NCBI GenBank assembly: GCA_045117995.1
Contig: JBGUOH010000003.1
Span: forward strand, 216,994 to 280,993
DNA from: Bacilli bacterium
GTDB lineage: Bacteria > Bacillota_I > Bacilli_A > RFN20 > CAG-826
Length of the DNA: 64,000 bases
Reading direction: 5' to 3'
Under the pieces are notes generated by a model. That model was given only the letters and a program-made list of their open reading frames with translations, had not been told where the DNA came from and ran no database searches. Below, one piece after another: positions 16,886-26,733 of the stretch; positions within the stretch are counted from its first letter, which is position 1, and each line of letters starts with the position of its first letter. A program made the position numbers and the translations under genes.

Positions 16886-17976
16886 CCAAACATATAATAA
16901 TCAAAGAAAGCTTCTAATATTGGACGGTGATACTTACTCGCTACATCTTGTGACCAGTAATAGCCACCGTTTTTATTTGCTAAAACACCATCGGTGAGTG
17001 TCATACTTTTTAAAACAGTTTGTTTATTAAAGCCTTTTAAATACTTAAGATTTGGTAATCTTTCTTCTGTGTAGTAAGAATCAGAAATATAGAAAGAGCC
17101 ATCATCCTTTTTAGCAACACTATCATTAAAGAAAACTGACGCTCCATCGATGATACCTTTTTTCACAAATTGAATTGTTGGAACAACACCGTTTTGATAG
17201 CCAAATGTTTCGTTACCAAGAGTGCTTAATCCATAGCTATCTTTTAAGTCTTGGTAATGGGCCTTATCTTCACTTGTAGCGAACTCACTTCTTGCCGCAT
17301 CGTATTGATTTTGGATGTCAAAAAGATAGAGAGAAGTCGCCAATGAATGCTTTTTAATGTAGGGTATAATCACATTTGGAATAACATATTTGCAGTCGCC
17401 ACATCCGTGACGGAAAAAGAGTACCGCTAACTTGTCATCTTGCTTATAATGTGCTTCCATGTAACTTTCATCAACATAGTACATTGTAGGTTTATTAATA
17501 TACTTATGAACTCTTGTGTTCATGGCCTCTGCGGTAGTGTCTTCAAATATCGCTTTATCCCCGCTGTTACGATAGGAGAAACTAGCGATCTTTTCTTTAC
17601 CGTTAAAGACATATAAACATGGAGTGCTATCTTCATATTTATTAATTTTTAAATCCTTGATGGAATCGTCTTGGCTTTGAGCGTTATACAAATAAACCAT
17701 CTCGTTATAGGCATTAGAGTATTTCGCTACAACATTTAAGAACGTATTCCAACATAAACATGTTTCGCTATATGAACCTTGATAAGCTGCTAAAAGGAAA
17801 ACTTCTTTATCATCTTGAGCTTTGCTTAATAACTCAGAAGTAGTGATTTCTTTCAACGAATAAATATCCTGATTAATAAATGTACCATAAGTAAGAGTGA
17901 CCTTATCTTTCTCACAGCCGTTTAACAATAAAGGCGCTAATAGAAGTGGTAATACTGTAATGATCTTTTTCTTCAT
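16879..17976 (-). CDS. Hypothetical lipoprotein with thioredoxin-like CxxC
   Basis: Lipobox LLNGC; CGDC and VPTIQF; second Cys cluster TCLCW. Confidence 0.7.
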   Translation of the reverse strand: MKKKIITVLPLLLAPLLLNGCEKDKVTLTYGTFINQDIYSLKEITTSELLSKAQDDKEVFLLAAYQGSYSETCLCWNTFLNVVAKYSNAYNEMVYLYNAQSQDDSIKDLKINKYEDSTPCLYVFNGKEKIASFSYRNSGDKAIFEDTTAEAMNTRVHKYINKPTMYYVDESYMEAHYKQDDKLAVLFFRHGCGDCKYVIPNVIIPYIKKHSLATSLYLFDIQNQYDAARSEFATSEDKAHYQDLKDSYGLSTLGNETFGYQNGVVPTIQFVKKGIIDGASVFFNDSVAKKDDGSFYISDSYYTEERLPNLKYLKGFNKQTVLKSMTLTDGVLANKNGGYYWSQDVASKYHRPILEAFFDYYMFGY

Positions 17977-18368
17977 ATACTTTGCATTATAAATAACAGA
18001 AGTTACGCGTGCAAGCGTATGAGAAAAAATGGTATCAAAAAAGTGTTAACAAAACAGTCAAAAATTAACCTCAAAAATGTTCACAAAAAATGAGTCAAAA
18101 AACTCTTCAAAAAACTCACTCATTTTTTTGCTAGAAAAACTGACGCAAAAATTAGAAGAAAAAATCGCTAAAAAACTGCATAAATTTTTCAACGAGTTAA
18201 ATTTACAAAAGTACTGATATAATCTAAACAAAATGAAAAAACGACTTTTTCAAAATTCCCCCTCAAAAAAATTTTTAAAAAAATTGTTTGTTTTTTTGTT
18301 CAATTTTATATATATTTTTTGCGTGATTTTTTTGAATAAAAATTCACATGGGAAAAGGTGGGGAAATT

Positions 18369-19880
18369 ATGGACAAAGAAAATATCATTATTTCGCTTCA
18401 AGGTGTCTGCAAGGAATTTGACGGCACAACAGTAGTCGATAACTTTAATCTCGATATCACAAAAGGTGAGTTCGTGACATTCTTAGGACCTTCTGGTTGT
18501 GGTAAGACAACAACACTCAGAATGATCGCTGGTTTTGAGCTTCCAACAAGTGGTGTCATTTTACTTAATGGACAAGATATTTCTTTACTTCCTCCATATA
18601 AAAGACCAATCAACACTGTTTTCCAAAGATACGCCTTATTCGCGCATTTAAATATCTATAACAATATTGCCTTTGGTTTAAAACTCAAAAAGATTCCATA
18701 CGAAGCTATTGATAAAAAAGGCAACAAAGTGACCAAATATCGTCACTTAACAAAACAAGAAATTAGAGAAAAAGTCGAAAGAGCGTTGAAGGTCGTTGAC
18801 CTTGAAGGCTTTGAAAAAAGAGACATCTCTACCTTATCTGGTGGTCAACAACAACGTATCGCTATCGCACGTGCGATTGTTAACGAGCCAGAAATCTTAT
18901 TATTAGACGAACCTTTAGGCGCTTTAGACCTCAAGATGAGAAAAGAAATGCAACTTGAACTAAAGGCCATGCATAAAAAATTAGGCATTACCTTCATCTA
19001 CGTCACGCACGACCAAGAAGAAGCTTTAACAATGTCTGATACCATTGTCGTCATGAATGACGCAGTCATCCAACAAGTTGGTAAACCAAAAGAAATCTAT
19101 GACGAACCAAATAACGCTTTCGTCGCTGACTTCATTGGTGAATCTAACATCTATACCGGCACAATGGCGAAAGATAACAAAGTTAGATTCTTAAATAGAT
19201 ATTGGGATGCTGACCCAGTTGACTTTGGTAAATTCCCAGTCAACGAAAAAGTTGACGTTGTCGTAAGACCAGAAGATTTCATCTTAGGCAAAGCCGGTGA
19301 AGGCGTTGTCGATGGTGTTGTTTCTAGCAAGATCTTCAAAGGTATGCACTATGAATACATCATCAACGTTGGTAAAGCTGAAGTAGTGGTCCAATCCACC
19401 GCTGAATTAGACGAAGGTCTTAAAGTCAGTTTAAACGTTGAACCAGTGAATATCCAAATCATGAAGAAACCATTCGTTTCTAACTTCTATGATGGTTATA
19501 TTACCAAAGATTACAAAGTTGAATTCGCTAACGCTGAATTCGATGTCGATATCTTACCATTATTCCCAGGTGCTCATTTTGATGAAAACGAAGTTTTAAT
19601 CGATGACAAGGGCAACGAAATTGATGTCGAAGACATGGAAATCAATGTCGAAGTTCCATTCGAAGCTATCACCATTAGCGATGATCCAGACGCTAGTGAA
19701 ATTCATGGTAACATCATTTCTCTTATCTACATTGGTGACCACTATGAAATCATGGTCAGAACTGAAGAAGAAGAGGACTTCATTTTAAATACTCCTGACT
19801 TATGGAACGAAAATGACGAAGTCAGTGTTATTATCGACCAATCCAAAATCCACTTATCTCGTAAAGGAGCCAAGAAGTAA
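18369..19880 (+). CDS. potA: Spermidine/putrescine ABC transporter ATPase with extended C-terminus
   Basis: GPSGCGKTT, LSGGQQQR, LLLDEP, VTHDQEEA; start set at ATG 18369. Confidence 0.93.
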   Translation: MDKENIIISLQGVCKEFDGTTVVDNFNLDITKGEFVTFLGPSGCGKTTTLRMIAGFELPTSGVILLNGQDISLLPPYKRPINTVFQRYALFAHLNIYNNIAFGLKLKKIPYEAIDKKGNKVTKYRHLTKQEIREKVERALKVVDLEGFEKRDISTLSGGQQQRIAIARAIVNEPEILLLDEPLGALDLKMRKEMQLELKAMHKKLGITFIYVTHDQEEALTMSDTIVVMNDAVIQQVGKPKEIYDEPNNAFVADFIGESNIYTGTMAKDNKVRFLNRYWDADPVDFGKFPVNEKVDVVVRPEDFILGKAGEGVVDGVVSSKIFKGMHYEYIINVGKAEVVVQSTAELDEGLKVSLNVEPVNIQIMKKPFVSNFYDGYITKDYKVEFANAEFDVDILPLFPGAHFDENEVLIDDKGNEIDVEDMEINVEVPFEAITISDDPDASEIHGNIISLIYIGDHYEIMVRTEEEEDFILNTPDLWNENDEVSVIIDQSKIHLSRKGAKK

Positions 19881-19882
19881 AA

Positions 19883-20740
19883 ATGGAAGCAGTTGTTCGT
19901 AATAAAAAACAACACCGCTTTAATTTCCGTGGCAGCCTATGCATGCCATACGCGCTTTTTATGGCGCTCTTCGTGGTGTTTCCATTATTCTTAATTGTTT
20001 ATTACGCCTTTACCGATGGTAACGGCAAATTCTCCTTTGGTAACTGGGGTACAGTTTTCACCAACATGACTAACTGGAAAGTCATTGGTAGTACACTCCT
20101 CATCGCGACAATTACCACAATTATTTGTATCTTAATTGCCTATCCAGTTGCCTACTTATTAAGTAACAAAAAGTACAATAAGAACAAAGTTCTTGTTTAT
20201 ATCTTCCTTTTACCAATGTGGATTAACTTTGTTATCAGAACCATTGGCTTAAAGGCTTTAATCAATGGTCTTAGTAAATCAGTCTTAGGTGTGGACTTAA
20301 CCGCTACATATCCATACTTATCAATCGTGATTGGTATGGTCTATGACTATTTACCATTTGCCATCTTACCTTTATATAACCAAATGTTAAAAATGGATAA
20401 GAACCAAATTGAAGCCGCTGCGGACTTAGGTGCTAATCCATTTAGAGTGTTCTGGAAAGTCATTGTTCCAATGACCATCCCAGGCATTGTCTCCGCTTGC
20501 ATGATGACATTCATGCCAACCATGTCCTCATACGTTATCGCTAATAAGATGAGTGAAAACAACGTGAGAATCATCGGTAACTTAATCGAACAACAATTCG
20601 GTGGTAACACCAGTGCTATTTCTAACCACATTGGTTCCACCTTGTCCTTAGTAATGTTATTACTCATCGGCTTAACCCTTCTCGCGGAAAAAGCCCTTTC
20701 TAATAAAGATGAAACACAAAAGAAGGGAGGTATTTGGTAA
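19883..20740 (+). CDS. potB: Spermidine/putrescine ABC permease
   Basis: LPMWINFVIR, EAAADLGA loop; operon position. Confidence 0.9.
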   Translation: MEAVVRNKKQHRFNFRGSLCMPYALFMALFVVFPLFLIVYYAFTDGNGKFSFGNWGTVFTNMTNWKVIGSTLLIATITTIICILIAYPVAYLLSNKKYNKNKVLVYIFLLPMWINFVIRTIGLKALINGLSKSVLGVDLTATYPYLSIVIGMVYDYLPFAILPLYNQMLKMDKNQIEAAADLGANPFRVFWKVIVPMTIPGIVSACMMTFMPTMSSYVIANKMSENNVRIIGNLIEQQFGGNTSAISNHIGSTLSLVMLLLIGLTLLAEKALSNKDETQKKGGIW

Positions 20741-21648
20741 TGGTGTATCAAAACATGACTGTTGAAGAAACAAACCGTGCTCTTCAAAGAAAGAGAACCA
20801 ATGAAAAACTTCGCAAAATCTTTGCCAATGTCTTCGTCTATTTTGTTCTCTTATTGATGTATGCTCCAATCATCTATATCACTATCTTCTCTTTTACAGA
20901 ACATAGTACAACAGGTGTCTGGGGTGGATTCAGCTTTGGTAACTACGCGACCTTATTCGATTACGGTGGCAATAAATACGCCACAGCGATTTGGGATGCT
21001 GCTAAGAATACTGCTTTAGTGGCCCTCACATCCGCGACAGGCGCAACTATCTTAGGTACATTAGGCGCGATTGGTATTTATTACTTACGTAAAAAGTGGA
21101 TGAGAACTGCGTTAGACTTCGTCACACAAATCCCAGTCGTTAACGCGGAAATCGTCACTGCTGTTTCCTTAAGTGTCTTATTCGTTATCTTATCTAACTT
21201 CATTCCAAGAAGCTTCTTAACCATTTGTATTGGTCATATTGTTCTTGGTGTTCCATATGTTGTTATGTCTGTGGAACCAAAACTTGAACAAATGGATCCA
21301 TCATTATATGAAGCCGCTATGGACTTAGGTGCGACACAAACTCAAGCCTTATGGAAAGTCATTATTCCAGATATTATTCCAGGTATTTTATCCGGTTTCT
21401 TATTATCAGCGACATTGTCATTAGATGACTATGTCATCACAGCCTTCACAAAGCCAACTGTAGGCGGATTTGAAACCATTTCGACATATGTAGACGCTGC
21501 TACCAAAAAGAAGGGTCTACCACCTCAATTTAGGGCATTTACAGCTATTTTATTCGCTGTGATATTAATCGTGGTTGTCGTGATGAACGTCAAGAGCAAC
21601 CAAAATGCAAAGAAATTAATGAAAAAGGAGAAAGGTAAAAATGCTTAA
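20740..21648 (+). CDS. potC: Spermidine/putrescine ABC permease
   Basis: EAAMDLGA, SLDDYVIT; start overlaps potB stop. Confidence 0.9.
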   Translation: MVYQNMTVEETNRALQRKRTNEKLRKIFANVFVYFVLLLMYAPIIYITIFSFTEHSTTGVWGGFSFGNYATLFDYGGNKYATAIWDAAKNTALVALTSATGATILGTLGAIGIYYLRKKWMRTALDFVTQIPVVNAEIVTAVSLSVLFVILSNFIPRSFLTICIGHIVLGVPYVVMSVEPKLEQMDPSLYEAAMDLGATQTQALWKVIIPDIIPGILSGFLLSATLSLDDYVITAFTKPTVGGFETISTYVDAATKKKGLPPQFRAFTAILFAVILIVVVVMNVKSNQNAKKLMKKEKGKNA

Positions 21649-22966
21649 AAACAAATTAACCGTATTATTAAGTTCGTTAGTAGCCGTCGGTGCATTAACA
21701 AGCTTAACTGGTTGTGGCACAAAATATGACTTAGTCATCTACAACTGGGAAGATTACATCTATGAAGGTGCCAGTGAAAACGGCAAAATCGTCGATGACG
21801 GTATCATCGAAAAATTTGAAAAATATTACCAAGAAAAAACCGGCCAAAAGATTAAAGTGGCGTATGAAAATTTCTCTACAAACGAAGAAATGTACACCCA
21901 ATTAGCCCAAGGCTCTTTAAAACCAGACTTAGTCTGCCCATCAGATTACATGATTCAAAAGCTCGCTAATGAAGGCATGCTTGAAAAATTCTCTTATGAT
22001 GATAAAACAGGCAAATATGGTGATTCTTTAAAGAACTTCGCTGATTTCGGTTCACCATTCATCAAAGGCAGATTCCAAAACGAAAAGTTAAAAGATGGTA
22101 GTTCATTCCTTCAATACGCTGTTCCTTATTTCTGGGGCACAATGGGCTTCACCTATAACCCAGAATACTTCACCGCTGAAGAAGTTGGTTCCTGGGACTG
22201 CTTATGGAGCACTGAAGCCAAATTCAAACAACAATTCTCTTTAAAGGATTCTATGAGAGATACATACGTTACCGCTATCTTCCATGTCTATAAAGATGAA
22301 ATTGCGGCTTTAGATGAAAACGCTGCTGACTTCAACAGCAAATTAAGCGCTATCTTCAATAGATGCGATGATGAAACAATTGCTAAAGTCAAAGCGGCTT
22401 TATTAGAAGCTAAGAAGAGAACCGTTTACGGTTTCGAAGTTGACGAAGGTAAAGAAGAAATCGTCAAAGGTACATATAACGCTAACTTAGCCTGGAGTGG
22501 TGATGCCATCTTCGCTATGGATAGTGCTGAAGAAGGTAAAACACCAAAATACTTAAATTACTCCCTTCCAAAAGAAGGTAGCAATGTCTGGTTCGATGGT
22601 TGGGTCATGCCGAAAGGCGCCAACAAAGAATTAGCGGAAGAATTCGTTAACTTCATCTGTGATCCAGAAAATGCTGTCTTATGTATGGACGCTGTCGGCT
22701 ACACATCCCCAATCGTTGGTGATGCAATGTGGGATTATGTTAAAGAATCCTATGAAGCCGCTGATGATGTCGAAGACACATACGAAGTTGATTTAAGTTT
22801 CTACTTCGGTAAAGAAGCCAAAATCAAAATTGACTCCGAAGAAAAAGGTCGTCAATTTGATGCCCAATATCCAACAGAAGACGTTTTAAAACGTTGCTGC
22901 CTCATGAAAGATTTCGGCGATCAACAAGAAAAAGTCGAAAAAATGTGGGACGATATTAAGGGCTAA
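21641..22966 (+). CDS. potD: Spermidine/putrescine-binding lipoprotein
   Basis: LTGC lipobox; YNWEDYI, PSDYM, PYFWGTMG, WSGDA, PKEGSNVWFD. Confidence 0.9.
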   Translation: MLKNKLTVLLSSLVAVGALTSLTGCGTKYDLVIYNWEDYIYEGASENGKIVDDGIIEKFEKYYQEKTGQKIKVAYENFSTNEEMYTQLAQGSLKPDLVCPSDYMIQKLANEGMLEKFSYDDKTGKYGDSLKNFADFGSPFIKGRFQNEKLKDGSSFLQYAVPYFWGTMGFTYNPEYFTAEEVGSWDCLWSTEAKFKQQFSLKDSMRDTYVTAIFHVYKDEIAALDENAADFNSKLSAIFNRCDDETIAKVKAALLEAKKRTVYGFEVDEGKEEIVKGTYNANLAWSGDAIFAMDSAEEGKTPKYLNYSLPKEGSNVWFDGWVMPKGANKELAEEFVNFICDPENAVLCMDAVGYTSPIVGDAMWDYVKESYEAADDVEDTYEVDLSFYFGKEAKIKIDSEEKGRQFDAQYPTEDVLKRCCLMKDFGDQQEKVEKMWDDIKG

Positions 22967-23047
22967 TTACATTAAATTTAAAAAAAGTTTATTTGTTGCT
23001 TGATAGTGAGATAATTGCAGTGCTATAATTCATAACGCTGCAAGAAT

Positions 23048-23123
23048 GGTTCCTTAGCCAAGTCTGGTAAGGCAATTGACTGCAACTCAATGATCATCGG
23101 TTCGAATCCGGTAGGAACCTCCA
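23048..23123 (+). tRNA. tRNA-Cys(GCA)
   Basis: ATTGA-CTGCAAC-TCAAT anticodon arm; CCA end. Confidence 0.95.
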
Positions 23124-23169
23124 TCTTATTTCTAGGTCATACTGGATAAGATGACTGTCAGCATCAAAT

Positions 23170-23246
23170 GCGCCTCTAGCTCAACTGGATAGAGTGTCAG
23201 ACTACGAATCTGGAGGTTACGAGTTCGATTCTTGTGAGGCGCGCCA
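23170..23246 (+). tRNA. tRNA-Arg(ACG)
   Basis: TCAGA-CTACGAA-TCTGG anticodon arm; CCA end. Confidence 0.95.
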
Positions 23247-23249
23247 TTT

Positions 23250-23326
23250 CGGGACGTAGCGTAGCTTGGTATCGCGTCAGTTTTGGGAACTGAAGGCCGC
23301 AGGTTCAAATCCTGTCGTCCCGACCA
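23250..23326 (+). tRNA. tRNA-Pro(UGG)
   Basis: TCAGT-TTTGGGA-ACTGA anticodon arm; CCA end; terminator at about 23338-23368. Confidence 0.95.
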
Positions 23327-23449
23327 AACTTAAAAAAATAACCGCTCAAAACGAGCGGTTTTATTTTTGTTGTTTTAAATCTAATCAATCATAATTTTCC
23401 AAATAAATTTGGAATAGAATTCAAAATCCACAAAGTTTTCTAAATATGT

Positions 23450-23503
23450 TGACAAGTACGCTTGGCATAATCTAATATAGTGTTGTGACAAGTCAACTTG
23501 GCA
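23450..23503 (+). promoter_or_regulatory. Two 18-bp operator-like sites in the promoter of the DUF6442/XRE pair
   Basis: TGACAAGTACGCTTGGCA (23450-23467, overlapping TTGACA) and TGACAAGTCAACTTGGCA (23486-23503); each an imperfect palindrome. Confidence 0.7.
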
Positions 23504-23515
23504 AAGGAGACAGTT

Positions 23516-23842
23516 ATGGAAAAGAATGAAATTTTAATGAAAGCTCAACAAGAAAATAAAGGTCAAGATATCGCTGATTTAGAAGCACAAAAGAAGGGCA
23601 CTAGTATTGCCTTCATGGTGGGTGGTCTAGCATTCATCGCTATCATCATCGTTGAAATGATTGTGAATGATGTCATGCACTATGAAATCATGGGTGGATG
23701 TTTCATCATGCTAGCAACTGCCTTCTATGTCAAATTCTTCATGCTTAAGAAAAGACATGAATTAGTAGTGGCTATTCTATACACACTAATTGCTCTTGGA
23801 TGGTTAACATTCTGGGTCTTAAGATTAACAAAGGCAATTTAA
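23516..23842 (+). CDS. DUF6442-like small membrane protein
   Basis: MEKNEILMKAQQENKGQD N-terminus plus 3 TM segments; RBS AAGGAG; paired with XRE regulator. Confidence 0.75.
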   Translation: MEKNEILMKAQQENKGQDIADLEAQKKGTSIAFMVGGLAFIAIIIVEMIVNDVMHYEIMGGCFIMLATAFYVKFFMLKKRHELVVAILYTLIALGWLTFWVLRLTKAI

Positions 23843-23843
23843 T

Positions 23844-24050
23844 ATGAATGAATCATTAGTGTTACACAATAATCTCGCAGAAGTGAGAAGGAAACAAAAC
23901 ATCTCACAAGCAGAACTCGCTAATATGGTCGGTGTGTCAAGAAACACAATTAGTTCTATAGAGACAGGACAATATCAACCAACCGCTAAATTGGCCTTAT
24001 TACTTTGTGTGGCGTTAGATAAAAAGTTTGAAGATTTGTTCTATTTTTAG
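23844..24050 (+). CDS. XRE-family helix-turn-helix regulator
   Basis: SQAELANMVGVSRNTISSIETGQYQP. Confidence 0.92.
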   Translation: MNESLVLHNNLAEVRRKQNISQAELANMVGVSRNTISSIETGQYQPTAKLALLLCVALDKKFEDLFYF

Positions 24051-24148
24051 TTCTCAAAAAAGCCTATTAACCTCTATCTAAATACAAAATTCTCTATTAG
24101 ATTAATCTAAAAAGTATTGACATCGTAAAAATATAGTATAAAAATGTT

Positions 24149-24283
24149 GGTAGAGAAAAAGGCAAAACTACAGCAATGTAGTGACGCAAAACTATAGGGT
24201 CTTATATTTAGAGATAGCCAGTAACCTCAACTATTTAATCGAATAAGTTGAGGTTTTTAATTTCTATAAGACAGCCAGTTGCC
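24149..24283 (+). ncRNA. c-di-GMP-I (GEMM-I)-like riboswitch with nested terminator
   Basis: AAAGGCAAAA-CTACA-GCAA-TGTAG-TGACGCAAAACTATAGGGTCT...GACAGCCAGTTGCC matches the GEMM-I pattern; TTGACA at 24117 upstream. Confidence 0.85.
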
Positions 24284-24324
24284 CCCGAGCACACGCGTAT
24301 AGGCGAAAGACTGGTTGAATTATA

Positions 24325-25209
24325 ATGAAATTAGGCAAAAGAATTAGTGCAAGATTAAAAATCGCTGCCGCAACCGCAACAGTCATTTTTACCTTGGCAA
24401 CAGTGTTCACCAGTACAATTGCTTGGTTCTCTACTAAAACATCTGTAGAAGTTAGTGGCGCAACATTCACAGTTAAAAAAACTTCTGGTATCCAATACGA
24501 CTTATATTATTTAGATCACTTTGTGGTCAATGAAAGCAACAAAGATGGTAACTTCAATACTATCGTTAATTTGCATTCTGGTTATGAAGTCGCCGCGGCT
24601 AACCCAGTCTTTAATAAAGTTAATTTCGACGAAAACGGTAATGTCATCGATGAACACGATCAAGCGGTTTCCGATGATTTAAATCCAACAAATATTTCAC
24701 ATTTATGGCCTGCTCATAAACTTACCTATGCGATTGTCATCACGGAAGGTAACTTCAATTCTTTCTCCTTAGAATCTTGGGATGAAGAAACTGATGCAGA
24801 CACAAAGACAAAAGATAACCAAAATAACGATATCCTCATTTCCTTATCCTGGGCTATCAACCTTTATGGCGCAGCCTACAATGTCACGAAGACAAATAAT
24901 GAAGCAGCGGATGTTGCTACTGGTTTTACTAGTAACTATTATTCCGCTAATCTCACTGATAAGTTTACATACAGCCAAGCTCTACCAGCACCATTAAATA
25001 AACCTGCCATTGATGTGGTGGATACAGTTTCTGGTGTGGGCAGTGATGCGACTAGACAAATCTTATATTTCTCAATCGAATTCGATGATAGTGCTAGTAC
25101 CTATTATGAACTCGATGATGACGATGGCTATTACACAAAGAGTGTTGATGGCAATAGTAACTGCTACGAGAACCTCATTTTAAAGGATCTCGTCTTTATG
25201 CTTTCATAA
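24325..25209 (+). CDS. Secreted protein with AWF-type (SipW-class-like) signal peptide
   Basis: Basic N-region, hydrophobic core, STIAWFS; Asn/Asp/Thr-rich mature part. Confidence 0.75.
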   Translation: MKLGKRISARLKIAAATATVIFTLATVFTSTIAWFSTKTSVEVSGATFTVKKTSGIQYDLYYLDHFVVNESNKDGNFNTIVNLHSGYEVAAANPVFNKVNFDENGNVIDEHDQAVSDDLNPTNISHLWPAHKLTYAIVITEGNFNSFSLESWDEETDADTKTKDNQNNDILISLSWAINLYGAAYNVTKTNNEAADVATGFTSNYYSANLTDKFTYSQALPAPLNKPAIDVVDTVSGVGSDATRQILYFSIEFDDSASTYYELDDDDGYYTKSVDGNSNCYENLILKDLVFMLS

Positions 25210-25221
25210 TGGAGAAACGAT

Positions 25222-26730
25222 ATGAAATTAGGTGAAAAGATTAAATCGTTATCTCCAAAGCTAACTTCCCGTAAGGGTAGAATTGTTGGTTTCTCATTAC
25301 TTATTTTAGGTAGTGTAGCCGCTGCGACAATGACCACCTTAGCGTGGTTTAACATGTCCGCTAAAGAATCCAAAATCAAAATGGTTTCTGGTGACTTGAA
25401 CGTTGAAGTTAGAAAAGTCTCCGCTTATAAATACGTCTACCCATTCTATAAAAACTCCACTGAATACATCGACTACGATGCGCAAGGTGTTGTCAAAAAA
25501 TACGTCTTAGAAGACCATACATTAACATTTGGAAACGATAACGTTGACGATATTACAATCTCCTCTGATGATGCGACAGTCACATTAGGCGAGAAAGTTA
25601 GAAGAAGCTTTACCACAAGTGGCAATGACGCTTCTTCACTCAATGTTTGTGTCCCTGCAACCGTTCAACCAGCTGTCTATTCTCCAGAATTCCGTTATTA
25701 CTTAATTGGTGATGGCTTATTCTGTGGCGTTGAAGATTCTTGGGCAATTGAAAAATCATTTGCTTTTGGTTTAAGAGAAAACGTCAGTAATGATAGACAC
25801 GCTATCTTGGATAATGTTGTTGTTTCAGCGGGTTCTTCGTTTACTCTTCTTGAAACCTTAGAAGTCATTGAAAACGATCGAAAATCTTATGCATACAACT
25901 ATTTCCCAATTTCTAGTATTGCTGAAACCAATTCATCTTTTAGAGTGGTTGATAGCAATTCCGATGGAGTGGGAGACCAACTTCTTTGTTTAAGAAGTGG
26001 TATTTATTCATTCATCTATTCTCCAAATCAATTGAAGATTGAATTACGTACTCAAGAAGATGGCGCTAGAAAAGACGTCTCTGTTATCATCAATAACTCT
26101 TTAGACCCAACCAAAATGAGTATTGATTATGCTGGTTCTGTTGATAAAGATACATACCCAACAATTAATAGTTACGTTCCTACTGCGATTTATAATCAAA
26201 ACACATCAGTTATTTTAGATGTTGAACTTAATTTCACTAATCCAAACCCTGTGGATGCAAGCTTACAAATCGAACGCACTAACTCCACAAGCAATTCCAT
26301 TTATAACATCGCTAATAAATATGAAGATACAACTCATAACCTCGATGGTTATATTGATGAAGACCATCAAAATCTTATGAGAGCATCTGACTTTTACAAT
26401 TTCTATGCGCAGTTCACAAATACGCCTTATGCTAGCACAACTGCATTATGGAATGGACTTCATCGTGTGGGTGATAATCAGTCACAAAAGTTCTTAAACG
26501 ATACATCCTACGATAAGACCATTAACTGTACATTACACGCTAAAGAGCAAGGCGATTCTACAACCATTGCGCCAAGTGATACAGACAACATCTATCACTG
26601 TTACATTGTTATCGAATATGACTATGAACATAGCACATATTTCCTTGATAAAAACCGTTTAGGTAAGACTTATTACTTAGACCGTGATTTCGGTTTCCAT
26701 TTCTCCGGAATCCAACACAGAGAAAGCTAG
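25222..26730 (+). CDS. Secreted protein with AWF-type (SipW-class-like) signal peptide
   Basis: TTLAWFN followed by VSGDLNVEV; RBS GGAG. Confidence 0.75.
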   Translation: MKLGEKIKSLSPKLTSRKGRIVGFSLLILGSVAAATMTTLAWFNMSAKESKIKMVSGDLNVEVRKVSAYKYVYPFYKNSTEYIDYDAQGVVKKYVLEDHTLTFGNDNVDDITISSDDATVTLGEKVRRSFTTSGNDASSLNVCVPATVQPAVYSPEFRYYLIGDGLFCGVEDSWAIEKSFAFGLRENVSNDRHAILDNVVVSAGSSFTLLETLEVIENDRKSYAYNYFPISSIAETNSSFRVVDSNSDGVGDQLLCLRSGIYSFIYSPNQLKIELRTQEDGARKDVSVIINNSLDPTKMSIDYAGSVDKDTYPTINSYVPTAIYNQNTSVILDVELNFTNPNPVDASLQIERTNSTSNSIYNIANKYEDTTHNLDGYIDEDHQNLMRASDFYNFYAQFTNTPYASTTALWNGLHRVGDNQSQKFLNDTSYDKTINCTLHAKEQGDSTTIAPSDTDNIYHCYIVIEYDYEHSTYFLDKNRLGKTYYLDRDFGFHFSGIQHRES

Positions 26731-26733
26731 GGT

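Noticed and set aside
18021..18421. Replication origin, or 62-aa ORF 18233-18421
   Set aside because: No TTATCCACA-type DnaA boxes seen; the ORF is low-complexity Lys/Phe from A/T tracts
24264..24470. 68-aa minus-strand ORF over the riboswitch
   Set aside because: Antisense to a well-supported gene and leader; no independent support
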